A stretch of 64,000 bases of DNA from Chloroflexota bacterium (GCA_009838965.1 VXQP01000073.1:77155-141154), one strand, 5' to 3'. Numbered from the stretch's first letter, positions 16,507 through 25,690 are shown. The notes: generated by a model from the letters alone, not told the origin. Translations and numbers: made by a program.

Positions 16507-17743
16507 CGCGCTTGAAGATCAGCGAGGCGTTGTGCCCGCCGAAGCCGAGGTTGTTGCTCATCGCCGCGTTCACGATACCCTTCTGCGCGTGGTGAGCGGT
16601 GTAGTCGAGGTCGCAGTCGGGGTCCGGGTTCTCCAGGTTGATGGTGGGGGGGATGGCGCTCTCTGCTACCGCGAGCACGGAGATGGCGGCCTCGACGCCG
16701 CCGGCCGCGCCGAGCAGATGGCCCGTCATGGACTTCGTCGAGCTGATCTTGATCTTGTACGCCTCGTCGCCGAAGACCGTCTTCAGCGCCTCTGTTTCAA
16801 GTCGGTCGTTCATCGGCGTGCTGGTGCCGTGCGCGTTCACGTAGCTGATATCGCTTGGCTCCATCCCCGCCTCGGCGAGCGCGTTGACCATAGCCCGCGC
16901 TCCGCCTTCGCCGTTGGGAGAGGGCTGGGTTACGTGGAAGGCATCCGACGATGCGCCGTAGCCCGCGAGCTCGGCCAGCGGGGTCGCGCCGCGCCGGAGC
17001 ATGCTCTCCTCGCTCTCGATGACGAGCACGCCCGCGCCCTCGCCCATGACGAACCCATCGCGCTCGGCATCGAACGGACGGCTCGCGCCTTCCGGGTCGT
17101 GGTTGCGCTTGGAGAGCGCCATGCAGGCGTTGAACCCGGCGACGGCGATGGGGCAGATGGGCGCTTCCGTGCCGCCCGCGAGTGCGATGTCTATCTCGCC
17201 CTTGCGGATCATGGCGGCAGCGATGCCGATGCTGTCCGCGCCGCTGGCGCACGCCGTCACCGTGCAGTAGTTGGGGCCCTTCGCACCGTACAGGATCGAC
17301 ACCTGCCCGGGGGCCATGTCCGCCAGCATCATCGGGACCAGGAACGGGTTCACGCGGTCCGGCCCTTTCTCGTGCAGTACGGCCCACTGCTCGGAGAGCG
17401 TGAGGATGCCGCCGATGCCACTGCCGATGACGGAGCCCACTCGCGTAGCGTCCACGCTGCCGTCCTGCAGGTCCAGACCCGCTTGCTCCATCGCCTGTGC
17501 GGTTGCGCCCACTGCCATCTGGGCGAAGCGGTCCAGCCGCCGCGCCTGCTTGCGGTCCACGTATGTCGTGGGATCGAAATCAGGCGACTCCCCGGCGATA
17601 GTGGTTGCGAATCCCTCGGTATCGAACGCAACGATGGAAGCGATGCCGGACTTGCCCTGCAACAGGCTCTTCCACGTCGACTTCGTATCTATACCCACAG
17701 GGGTAATCATGCCGACGCCGGTTACGTAGACCTTCGTTGTCAA
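16499..17743 (-). CDS. fabF: Beta-ketoacyl-ACP synthase II
   Basis: Active-site context TVTACASGADSIG, NAHGTSTPMND, GFGGHNASLIF. TTG start with an AAGGAG RBS. Confidence 0.92.
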   Translation of the reverse strand: MTTKVYVTGVGMITPVGIDTKSTWKSLLQGKSGIASIVAFDTEGFATTIAGESPDFDPTTYVDRKQARRLDRFAQMAVGATAQAMEQAGLDLQDGSVDATRVGSVIGSGIGGILTLSEQWAVLHEKGPDRVNPFLVPMMLADMAPGQVSILYGAKGPNYCTVTACASGADSIGIAAAMIRKGEIDIALAGGTEAPICPIAVAGFNACMALSKRNHDPEGASRPFDAERDGFVMGEGAGVLVIESEESMLRRGATPLAELAGYGASSDAFHVTQPSPNGEGGARAMVNALAEAGMEPSDISYVNAHGTSTPMNDRLETEALKTVFGDEAYKIKISSTKSMTGHLLGAAGGVEAAISVLAVAESAIPPTINLENPDPDCDLDYTAHHAQKGIVNAAMSNNLGFGGHNASLIFKRVV

Positions 17744-17842
17744 GCGTTGCTCCTTATCCGCCCTCCGCTCTCGTTCGAGCGGGCAGGGGGAAGGGGTTGT
17801 CTGATTCTAGGGGCGTGCACGGCGGGCTACAAGCATGCCGGC

Positions 17843-19669
17843 TCATGCCAGTAGCTCTTCCTCGTAGGACTGACTGCGCATCATCTCGTTGATGTTCTTC
17901 GCCGTGTGGATGAAACCGATATGGCTGAACGCCTGCGGGAAGTTGCCGAGCGCCTGGCCGGTGACAGGGTCGTGCATCTCCGCGAAGAGGCCCAAGTGGT
18001 TGGCGGTGGCGAATACCTTGTTGAAATACGTCAGCGCTTCCTGCGTCTCGCCTATGGTCATCAAGGCGCCGATGAGCCAGAAGCTGAGGATGTAGAAAGC
18101 GCCCTCCTCGCCAACGAGGCCGTCGTCGGTGTCGTCGGTCCGATATCGGCGCACGAATGGGCCGTCCGAGAGCTCCATCTGGATACGGCGGACCGTGCAG
18201 CGGATACGCGGATCGTCCGGGGGAAGGAAACCGAGGAACGGGATGAGCAGCGCGCTCGCGTCTACCGCCTCCGATCCGTACGCCTGCACGAAGCTCCGTT
18301 TGGAGTCAGACCAGCCTTTGTCGAGCACTTCTTCACGTATGAGGTCCCGCTGTCTGCGCCAGTGCTCGATATCCCCCTCGAAGCCATGGCCCTCGGCGAG
18401 TTTCGCCGCCCTGTCCAGCGCCACCCAGCACATCACCTTGGAGTAGACGAAGTGCTGCTCCGGGCCCCGCACCTCCCAGATGCCGCGGTCCTCCATGTGC
18501 CACATCTCAGCCGCGAGGTCCGCCATATGTTTGAGCAGTCCCCACGCCTTGTCCGACAGGTTGCCCGAGTAGCGGTGAAAGACCGCGAGGCTCAGCGCAA
18601 CTTCGCCGAACACGTCCAACTGGCGGTGGAACGCCGCGCCGTTGCCGATGCGCACCGGACTTGAGCGCGCATAGCCTTCGAGGTGATCGAGTTCGATCTC
18701 TTCCAACTCGCTCTCAGGCGCGATGCCGAAGAGTATCTGCATCGATTCGATGCTCATGGCGCATTGGTCGACCACCCAGTCGATGAATGCCTCTCCCTCG
18801 TGTGGGTCGCCGAGGCGGTAGAGGATACCGAGCGTCCAGGCGCTGTCGCGCAGCCACGAGTACCGGTAGTCCCAGTTCCGCACGCCTCCGAGTGATTCGG
18901 GCAGGGACGTGGTCGGAGCAGCGACTATCGCACCGGTGGGTTCGAAGATCAGCATGTGCAGCGTCAAGTAAGAGCGCACCACCTCGTCGCGCAGGTAGCC
19001 GCTGTAGCCCAGTTTCGCCACGCTCGCCTGGTCGTGCCGTATCGCGCGCTCCAGTTTGTTGCGGCAGTCCATCGCACTGATGGAAGGCAGCCGCCCAACC
19101 CCGAACGCCACCGCAAACTCTACGTGTTCGCCCTCACATACCGTGAATTCGGCGACTGCCTGTTCACCGCCGTCTTCCGCAGGCTCGATGCTGAAGGGCA
19201 GGTCGCTGACAAGCGCGAGAACGCCATTAGGATGATTCGCGAGCACGCCGTTGCGAGTGACGCTGAGAGTGGTCACGCCTCTGGCGTAATCGAGCCTCGG
19301 CTGAAAGACGAGCCGCAACGCGATGCTGCCGCGGACGCCCTCTACCATGCGGATGATCTCGTGCGGCGCGTCCGGGCTGCGCGCCGGGGCGCGCGTCATG
19401 AAGTCACACACCGTCGCTGCCCCGTCCTCCGTCTCGTACAACGTCTCGAGGACGGTGGTGTCGGGCAGGTAGCGCTGCGTGACCGTGTAGATGCCCTGGC
19501 CGCTCAACGAACAGCGTCCGCCCTTGGCATCGTCCAGCACTGCCGCGAACACGCTCGGAGAGTCGAAACGGGGGAAACACGCCCAGTCCACGGAGCCTCC
19601 ACTGCTTACGAGCGCGCAGGAGTTCATGTCTCCTATCAGTCCGTACTCGTGGATAGGGAGGTATGGCAC
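17843..19669 (-). CDS. Glycoside hydrolase family 15 protein (glucoamylase/trehalase-like)
   Basis: IHEYGLIGDMNSCALVSSGGSVDWACFPRFDSPSVFAA N-terminus and the (alpha/alpha)6 region NWDYRYSWLRDSAW. Confidence 0.88.
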   Translation of the reverse strand: MPYLPIHEYGLIGDMNSCALVSSGGSVDWACFPRFDSPSVFAAVLDDAKGGRCSLSGQGIYTVTQRYLPDTTVLETLYETEDGAATVCDFMTRAPARSPDAPHEIIRMVEGVRGSIALRLVFQPRLDYARGVTTLSVTRNGVLANHPNGVLALVSDLPFSIEPAEDGGEQAVAEFTVCEGEHVEFAVAFGVGRLPSISAMDCRNKLERAIRHDQASVAKLGYSGYLRDEVVRSYLTLHMLIFEPTGAIVAAPTTSLPESLGGVRNWDYRYSWLRDSAWTLGILYRLGDPHEGEAFIDWVVDQCAMSIESMQILFGIAPESELEEIELDHLEGYARSSPVRIGNGAAFHRQLDVFGEVALSLAVFHRYSGNLSDKAWGLLKHMADLAAEMWHMEDRGIWEVRGPEQHFVYSKVMCWVALDRAAKLAEGHGFEGDIEHWRRQRDLIREEVLDKGWSDSKRSFVQAYGSEAVDASALLIPFLGFLPPDDPRIRCTVRRIQMELSDGPFVRRYRTDDTDDGLVGEEGAFYILSFWLIGALMTIGETQEALTYFNKVFATANHLGLFAEMHDPVTGQALGNFPQAFSHIGFIHTAKNINEMMRSQSYEEELLA

Positions 19670-19734
19670 GTGACAGCTCTGCTAGCCGGGTTGCCCTTCG
19701 TCTGCGCCGCGCGTAAGCGGCTCTCCGCAGCCCA

Positions 19735-20571
19735 TCAGTCCAGAGAGATGGTGCGTAGCGACCGCCGGTTTCCGCGCTGTTCAAGGTAACCGGCGCGGCG
19801 CTCCGTACCGTGGCTGAACACGAGCAGCCAGCCGTCATCGACGGCTTCGTCAAGAACGCGATACTTCGTCGTTAGCGTCTCTTCCGGGTGCCGGTCACTG
19901 GCGGCGATGCAGTCCGGCTGCAGGTGGTGGTGCGTCGGAACGAGGTCGCCCAGGAACGCGACGCGCTCGCCCCCGTGCGTGATGACGACGATCTGGTGCC
20001 CCTGGTACGGCCCGCTGGCCCGTCGCACCTGTAACCCCGGAACGATGGTCACTTCGCCGTCTACCAGCTCCATCTTCTTGCTATCCACCAGGGGGTTGTA
20101 GTCGTTCGGCACATAACCGTTCACATGCCGGTCGGTAGGGGAGAGCGCTTCCTCCAGCGCCTCCCGCTGCACGAAGTACGTCGCCTTGGGGAACGTGGGC
20201 ACGAACTCGCCACGACGGTTCGCTCGCGTGCACCCCCCGGTGTGTTCGAAGTGCAGGCTGGTCAGCACCACACCGTGTATGTCAGCGGGTGCCAGATCGT
20301 GCGCCTTCAGTTCTGAGAGCAACTGGCTCGTCGAGAGGCCGAGTGCATCCCGGTCCTCGGTGGAATGCTTTGCCCCGGCGCCCGTGTCGATGAGGTAGTT
20401 GCGGTCGCCGACCCGAACCAGCAGGCAGTTGAGGTTCAACTTGACCCGGTTCCTTCGGTCGGCAGACATCCAGTCCTGCCAGGTACTCTTGGGCACCTGT
20501 CCAAAGAGCACGCCCCCGTCGATCTTGAACGTGCCGTCCGATATCAGGTGCACCCTAGTTCTTCCGCTCAT
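19735..20571 (-). CDS. MBL-fold metallo-hydrolase
   Basis: LTSLHFEHTGG (HxHxxH-like), distal His/Asp ligands, and DGTFKIDGGVLFG at the N-terminus. ATG at 20571; the ORF track starts at GTG 20583. Confidence 0.75.
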   Translation of the reverse strand: MSGRTRVHLISDGTFKIDGGVLFGQVPKSTWQDWMSADRRNRVKLNLNCLLVRVGDRNYLIDTGAGAKHSTEDRDALGLSTSQLLSELKAHDLAPADIHGVVLTSLHFEHTGGCTRANRRGEFVPTFPKATYFVQREALEEALSPTDRHVNGYVPNDYNPLVDSKKMELVDGEVTIVPGLQVRRASGPYQGHQIVVITHGGERVAFLGDLVPTHHHLQPDCIAASDRHPEETLTTKYRVLDEAVDDGWLLVFSHGTERRAGYLEQRGNRRSLRTISLD

Positions 20572-20704
20572 AGGAAGCCTCACCAGCGAAAGCGAAATCG
20601 CGCGGAATGGGTCCGATCAGCCGCGCTCTCTCCCGGAGCGCATACCCCGACGCGTCCTGTCGTTCCCTGGGCGGTGGGGAATGTCCGCGCGTACAGCGTG
20701 GCAG

Positions 20705-20733
20705 ACTCTAGGGGCGCTAATCTGTCCTGTCAA
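20705..20733 (-). promoter_or_regulatory. Sigma70-like promoter candidate, TTGACA-N17-TAGAGT
   Basis: Minus strand reads ttgaca ggacagattagcgcccc tagagt. About 125 nt upstream of the MBL ATG. Confidence 0.4.
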
Positions 20734-20910
20734 TGGCAGGGTTCCTCCGTTCACTCGTATCGCTGAACCGTTGCCGTGGGCACGGAAGCGGCAGATATCC
20801 AATCTCAATGAACGGAATCACTACGTATGACTGCCGTTGTATGGCGGTTTCAGTCAAGCCTCATCTCCATGGAATCTGCGCGGTACATTGAGAGTGTGTC
20901 TCAAACAGGC

Positions 20911-20931
20911 CGAAACAGCCCGAGGGCGGGC
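20911..20931 (-). terminator. Weak intrinsic terminator candidate after ilvB
   Basis: Minus strand GCCCG-CCCT-CGGGC followed by TGTTTCGG, about 40 nt after the ilvB stop. Confidence 0.3.
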
Positions 20932-20968
20932 ATCGGGAACGCGTGACGGATGGAGTATAAGAGGCGGG

Positions 20969-22708
20969 TTACGGGTAGGAGACGAGGCCCTCGATGACGT
21001 GCACCGGCTCGCGGTAGTGGACCACGCGCGGGTCCTCCACGGTCTGGGCCAGCGACGCGCCGGGGGGCACCATCGGGTAGACGTTCTCCTCGGGCGATAT
21101 GCGGAAGTCGATGAGGTAGGGGCCTGGATGCCGCGCAGCGGTCGCCAGCGCCATGCCTACGTCGTGCTTCTCTTCCACACATACGCCGGGGATGCCGTAC
21201 GCCTCCGCCAGCTTCACGTAGTCCGGCCCACTCATGGACACGGACTTGTAGTGATGGTCGTAGAACAACTCCTGCCACTGCCGCACCATGCCGAGGTAGC
21301 CGTTGTTCATGATGCAGATCTTCACAGGCAGGTGCTCCTGTGCGATCGTCGCGAGCTCCTGCAGTGTCATCTGGAAGCCGCCGTCGCCGCAGATGCCCCA
21401 CACCCGCGAGTTGGGACGCGCGACCTGAGCACCGATCAGCGCCGGCACCTCGAACCCCATCACGCCGAGCCCGCCGGAAGAGACGAACGAGTTCGGCGTC
21501 GGCATGAACAGGAACTGGGCGGCCCACATCTGGTGCTGCCCCACGCCCGTGATCACGACCGGGTCTGTGTCGTGCTCAACCAGCTTGTTGAGCTCCCGCA
21601 GCACGTACTGCGGCGTGACCACGTCGCTCTCCGGCACGTCGATGCTTGGATGCTTGTGCTCCAGGTACTTCATGCGGTCCAGCCAGGTGAACCGCGTGTT
21701 GCGCTCCAGCAGGGGAAGCAGCGCCTCCAGTGTCGCCTTCACGTCGCCGGCCAGGGCCACCTCGGCCTTGACGTTCTTGTTGATCTGCGATGCCTCGATG
21801 TCCAGGTGGATGATCTTCGCGTTCTCACCGAACGTGCCCGGCCGGCCGATGACACGGTCGTCGAAGCGCATCCCGATGCCTACGATGAGGTCAGCCTCGG
21901 TCGTCGCCAGGTTGCTCCAGTACATGCCGTGCATGCCCAACATCCCGTAGCCGAGGTTGTGGTGGCGGGGGAACGCGGACGTGCCGTGCAGCGTGTTCAG
22001 TACCGGCGCGTTGATGTGTTCGGCGACTTCCTGCAACTCGTCCCACGCGCCGGAGATGTGCACGCCGCGCCCGGCTATGAGCAGCGGCCGCTCCGCCTCA
22101 TTGATGAGGCGCGCGGCCTCACGCACCGACTCTTCATCCGCGACTGCGGGCGGGGAGGGACGCCAGGCGTCTTCCAGTTCCTCGAACAGGAAACTCTCCG
22201 CCTGCACGTCCTTCGGGAGATCGACGAGCACCGGGCCCGGACGCCCTTCCTGCGCGACGCGGAACGCCTCGCGGATGGTGGGAGCGATCTCCTCAGGGCT
22301 CATCACGAGGTAGGTCTTTTTCACGACGGGCGCGGCCATCCCGCAGGTGTCGCACTCCTGGAACGCCTCCGTTCCCATGAACGGGCGTGCGACCTGGCCC
22401 GTGATGGCGACGATAGGAGTCGAGTCCATCTTCGCCGCGGTCAGCCCGGTCATCAGGTTCGTCGCGCCCGGACCGGACGTGGCCACACAGACCCCCACGT
22501 CGCCGGTGAGACGCGCGTAGGCCTCTGCCGCGTGGGCTGCTGCCTGCTCATGCCGGACGAGCACGTGCCGTATCTGGGGATAGTGCCAGAGCGCGTCGTA
22601 GAAAGGGAGGATGGCTCCTCCCGGATGGCCGAAGATGACGTTGACGCCCTCGTTGATGAGGGCTTCACAGACGACGCTTGCGCCTATCTTCTGCATGATT
22701 CCGTCCAT
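20969..22708 (-). CDS. ilvB: Acetolactate synthase (AHAS) large subunit, ThDP-dependent
   Basis: ORF 20969..23242 trimmed to MDGIMQKIGASVVCEALINEGV (ATG 22708; alternative 22696). Motifs GTEAFQE, MLGMHG, RFDDRV and the ThDP motif GDGGFQMTLQEL...NNGYLGMV. Confidence 0.9.
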   Translation of the reverse strand: MDGIMQKIGASVVCEALINEGVNVIFGHPGGAILPFYDALWHYPQIRHVLVRHEQAAAHAAEAYARLTGDVGVCVATSGPGATNLMTGLTAAKMDSTPIVAITGQVARPFMGTEAFQECDTCGMAAPVVKKTYLVMSPEEIAPTIREAFRVAQEGRPGPVLVDLPKDVQAESFLFEELEDAWRPSPPAVADEESVREAARLINEAERPLLIAGRGVHISGAWDELQEVAEHINAPVLNTLHGTSAFPRHHNLGYGMLGMHGMYWSNLATTEADLIVGIGMRFDDRVIGRPGTFGENAKIIHLDIEASQINKNVKAEVALAGDVKATLEALLPLLERNTRFTWLDRMKYLEHKHPSIDVPESDVVTPQYVLRELNKLVEHDTDPVVITGVGQHQMWAAQFLFMPTPNSFVSSGGLGVMGFEVPALIGAQVARPNSRVWGICGDGGFQMTLQELATIAQEHLPVKICIMNNGYLGMVRQWQELFYDHHYKSVSMSGPDYVKLAEAYGIPGVCVEEKHDVGMALATAARHPGPYLIDFRISPEENVYPMVPPGASLAQTVEDPRVVHYREPVHVIEGLVSYP

Positions 22709-22808
22709 TCCTGCCTGCGCGGGCGGGCAGGAAGCCCTGGTGCGCAAATGAATCGGCGATTCCAGAGGATTATCGAAAGGCCGCAACCAGCAGGCCGCAG
22801 CCTTGTAA

Positions 22809-22837
22809 ATCGTACCCCTCGCCCCTGCGAGTGTCAA
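22809..22837 (-). promoter_or_regulatory. Sigma70-like promoter candidate, TTGACA-N17-TACGAT, upstream of ilvB
   Basis: Minus strand reads ttgaca ctcgcaggggcgagggg tacgat. Leaves a leader of about 95 nt before the ilvB ATG. Confidence 0.5.
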
Positions 22838-22914
22838 CGAAATGTGCTCGTTAAGTACACGCGAAACAGCGATGTTATCCGAGGGTGGTGTTGGAGAAGA
22901 TGATTGCTGCGACC

Positions 22915-23946
22915 CTACAGGCCGTAGAGCCTGCGGGGGTTGGCGTCGAGGATCTTTTCGACCGTGCTCGGTGCGAGTCTGCCCTCTTCCCTGAGTCGCT
23001 GCATCGCCAGGATCTCCGATGACGTGTCGTCGTGGCCGTAGTCGGTACCGATGATGATGTTGTCGTCGCCCGCCGTGTCGATGACGTACTGCAGGTCGTC
23101 GGTGGTCTGGCACGCGACGTACATACGGTTCTCGCGCATAAGCGTGGCGCCGGAGAACTCCCGCCCGTTGTTCCCGAACCGGATAGACAGGTCGTTCATC
23201 ACGTACGGCACCCACTGGGCGCTGACCTCCACGAAACACCAACTCAGATCGGGGAACTTGTCGGGCACGCGTCGCATCAGCAGGTTATGGAACACACTGA
23301 TGGGCGGCAGTTTGAACCGCAGTCCGTTCTCCTGCTGGTCCCACATCCCGAAATTGCCGACCGATGCATGGATGCAGATCGGCATGCCCAGCTTGCTCGC
23401 CTCCTCGTACAGGGGGAAGAAGTACGGGTCTGTGAGGCTGAGCCCGGCATCGCCCGCGCGCAAGTACACGCCGCACGCCCCGTGCTCCTTGCCGTAATGG
23501 GCCTCCTCGATGGCCTGATCGAGCCTGTAGACCGGGGCTATAACCGGCCAGCGTAGCCGTCCCTGTCCCATCTCCCAGATGTCGCCCATCCAGCGGTTGT
23601 AGCTGCGCGCCAGCGCGTAGTCCACCTCCGGCCGGGGGCTCAGCGGACGCAGGAAGAGGGTGGGGTACAGCACCTGGATGTCCACGCCCAGCTCGTCCAT
23701 ATGCGCCAGGCGGGCCGAGACGCTTGCCATCTCGCGCGACTCGTCGCTCGTGCCGGTGCCCTCGTTGGTATTGCGGATGAACGCCCGGCCCGTCGAGCGG
23801 TCGCCGATCAGCCAGTAGCGCCGGACCGGAGCGCTCGGATCGGTGGTGGCGACGCTCAGGGGACGGAACTCGCGCTCCTCCTCACGCATGTAGTCCCAGG
23901 TGTGCTCGTTCTCAACGACGTGTGCGTCCGCATCGATAACCGCCAT
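22915..23946 (-). CDS. Amidohydrolase-2 family protein (ACMSD-like metal-dependent hydrolase/decarboxylase fold)
   Basis: ORF trimmed to MAVIDADAHVVENEHTWDYM (ATG 23946, AAGGAGGAGG RBS). Distal ligands CIHASVG and GTDYGHDD. Confidence 0.8.
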   Translation of the reverse strand: MAVIDADAHVVENEHTWDYMREEEREFRPLSVATTDPSAPVRRYWLIGDRSTGRAFIRNTNEGTGTSDESREMASVSARLAHMDELGVDIQVLYPTLFLRPLSPRPEVDYALARSYNRWMGDIWEMGQGRLRWPVIAPVYRLDQAIEEAHYGKEHGACGVYLRAGDAGLSLTDPYFFPLYEEASKLGMPICIHASVGNFGMWDQQENGLRFKLPPISVFHNLLMRRVPDKFPDLSWCFVEVSAQWVPYVMNDLSIRFGNNGREFSGATLMRENRMYVACQTTDDLQYVIDTAGDDNIIIGTDYGHDDTSSEILAMQRLREEGRLAPSTVEKILDANPRRLYGL

Positions 23947-24035
23947 CGTCCCTCCTCCTTCCCGCCCGCGGGCGGGTCCCACTTGCCATCCTCTGTCGCC
24001 ATCTTACGCGACAGGTCAACAGAGGCACGCGACGC

Positions 24036-24060
24036 TTCTACGCGTTCACCACACGTAGAA
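24036..24060. promoter_or_regulatory. Inverted repeat TTCTACG-N11-CGTAGAA in a divergent promoter region
   Basis: Perfect 7-bp arms, 27 nt upstream of the GTG start of the PHP-domain gene. Confidence 0.3.
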
Positions 24061-24086
24061 CAGGTCTGCGCTAGACTGCCCCCGCC

Positions 24087-25433
24087 GTGAGTTTCGCCGC
24101 CGACCTCCACCTCCACTCGCCCTACGCCATGGGCACCAGCTCTGCGCTCTCCCTGCAGGCGCTCGCCGCCTGGGCGGACGTCAAGGGCGTGGACGTGCTC
24201 GCGTGCAGCGACTTCACACACCCGGCATGGCTCGCCGAACTGAAGCGCAGCCTCCGCCCGGTCGGCGACGGCCTCTTCGAGCTGACCGATCTGCCGGAGC
24301 GATACGGCGTCCGTGGTCGCGAACGCCTGGCGCGATTCGTCCTCGGCACCGAGGTGAGCTGCGTCTACCCTCAGGAGGGACGCTCCCACCGCCTGCATCT
24401 GCTCGTGCTCGCGCCCGATTTCGACGCAGTGGACGGCATCTGCAGAGCCTTCGCTCCGTACGGCGCGCTCGCCTCGGACGGACGACCTACGCTGCGCCTC
24501 TCCGGACGCGACGTGGTCGAATCCGTTCTCGCTGTGGACCCCCGGTGCGAAGTGGTACCCGCGCACGCGTGGACGCCGTGGTATGCACTCTTCGGTTCGA
24601 AGAGCGGTTTCGACTCGCTGGACGACTGCTTCGGCGACATGGCCGGACACGTTCACGCCATCGAGACCGGCCTCTCCAGCGACCCCGCCATGAACTGGCG
24701 CGTGCCCGAGCTGGACGAGCGGACGCTCGTCTCCTTCTCCGACGCGCACTCCGCGCAGCGGCTGGGGCGTGAGCTCACCGTATTCGCCGGAGAGCCGGGC
24801 TACGGCGCGCTCATCGAGGGATTGAGGACGGGCAGGGTGGAGTGGACGGCGGAGTTCTACCCGCAGGAAGGGAAGTACCACCACGATGGCCATCGCAAGT
24901 GCGGAGTCAACCTGCCTCCAGGCGAGCACGACGGGCGGTGCCCTGTATGCGGACGCAGGCTCACCCTCGGAGTGTTGCACCGCGTCGAGTCGCTCGCACA
25001 GCGCCCCCCTGAACCCTTGACCGCTGACCCGGACGGTACGCTGCGCGGCACGGAGACCGAACGCCCGCCGTTCCGGCGGCTCGTTCCGCTGGCGGAGGTC
25101 GTCGCGGAAGCGCTGGGCTACGGAGTCGCGAGCAAGGCTGTCCAGCGCACCTGCCTCGATCTCGCCGCTCGTGTAGGCCCCGAACTGCACGTCCTCACTA
25201 CAGCCGGTCCGTCGGAGATAGAGCAGGTCGCGGGCGATCGTGTCGCGGAAGGAGTGATGCGGGCTCGCCTGGGCCATGTGTTCATACGACCGGGGTTCGA
25301 TGGCGAGTACGGCACGGTGCAGCTCTGGGACGATGACAGCCGGACGTTGACAGGCGGGCAGAGCGCGACGCAGCATCATGCGATGCGCAACAGCAAGACG
25401 GACCCCCGGCAGAGCAGGCTGGTTTTGGAGTAA
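24087..25433 (+). CDS. PHP-domain protein resembling endonuclease Q (TIGR00375-type)
   Basis: N-terminal ADLHLHSPYAMGTS (PHP), AHAWTPWYALFG, SDAHS, and a Zn-ribbon-like YHHDGHRKCG...GRCPVCGRRLTLGVLHRV. GTG start. Confidence 0.65.
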   Translation: MSFAADLHLHSPYAMGTSSALSLQALAAWADVKGVDVLACSDFTHPAWLAELKRSLRPVGDGLFELTDLPERYGVRGRERLARFVLGTEVSCVYPQEGRSHRLHLLVLAPDFDAVDGICRAFAPYGALASDGRPTLRLSGRDVVESVLAVDPRCEVVPAHAWTPWYALFGSKSGFDSLDDCFGDMAGHVHAIETGLSSDPAMNWRVPELDERTLVSFSDAHSAQRLGRELTVFAGEPGYGALIEGLRTGRVEWTAEFYPQEGKYHHDGHRKCGVNLPPGEHDGRCPVCGRRLTLGVLHRVESLAQRPPEPLTADPDGTLRGTETERPPFRRLVPLAEVVAEALGYGVASKAVQRTCLDLAARVGPELHVLTTAGPSEIEQVAGDRVAEGVMRARLGHVFIRPGFDGEYGTVQLWDDDSRTLTGGQSATQHHAMRNSKTDPRQSRLVLE

Positions 25434-25444
25434 GCACGGCGGAC

Positions 25445-25690
25445 ATGAACGACGTCATCACGATGGAAGAGATCGGGATGGTCTATGACGTGACCGACGC
25501 GCTCGGCATAGACCGCGAGGACCTGAACATCGAACTCGGCAAGGAGGACCCCGGCTCGTGGAGCAGGGCACCCGGCGGCATGATGCGGCGCGAGGTGATA
25601 GCCATCACGCTGCCCCTCTCGACGCCGCTGGACGAGTGGCTGCCCGCGCTGGAGGCCGGACTCCGCGAGCTGCTGGAGGAGGAGCGATGA
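25445..25690 (+). CDS. Small acidic hypothetical protein (81 aa)
   Basis: Starts 11 nt after the PHP gene. Its stop overlaps the next start (ATGA). No recognisable motif. Confidence 0.45.
   Translation: MNDVITMEEIGMVYDVTDALGIDREDLNIELGKEDPGSWSRAPGGMMRREVIAITLPLSTPLDEWLPALEAGLRELLEEER

Noticed and set aside
20969-23242. N-terminally extended versions of real genes in the ORF track: 757-aa ilvB, 383-aa xerC/D (13023..14174), 498-aa ACAD (28239..29735), 377-aa CitE-like (29513..30646) and 372-aa PqqC-like (31119..32237), plus the 243-aa and 207-aa forms of the Ala/Tyr-rich paralogs.
   Set aside because: The extensions are Arg/Pro-rich, overlap upstream genes or promoters, and precede an internal Met with a good RBS where the family-typical N-terminus begins. 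I trimmed them to the internal starts.
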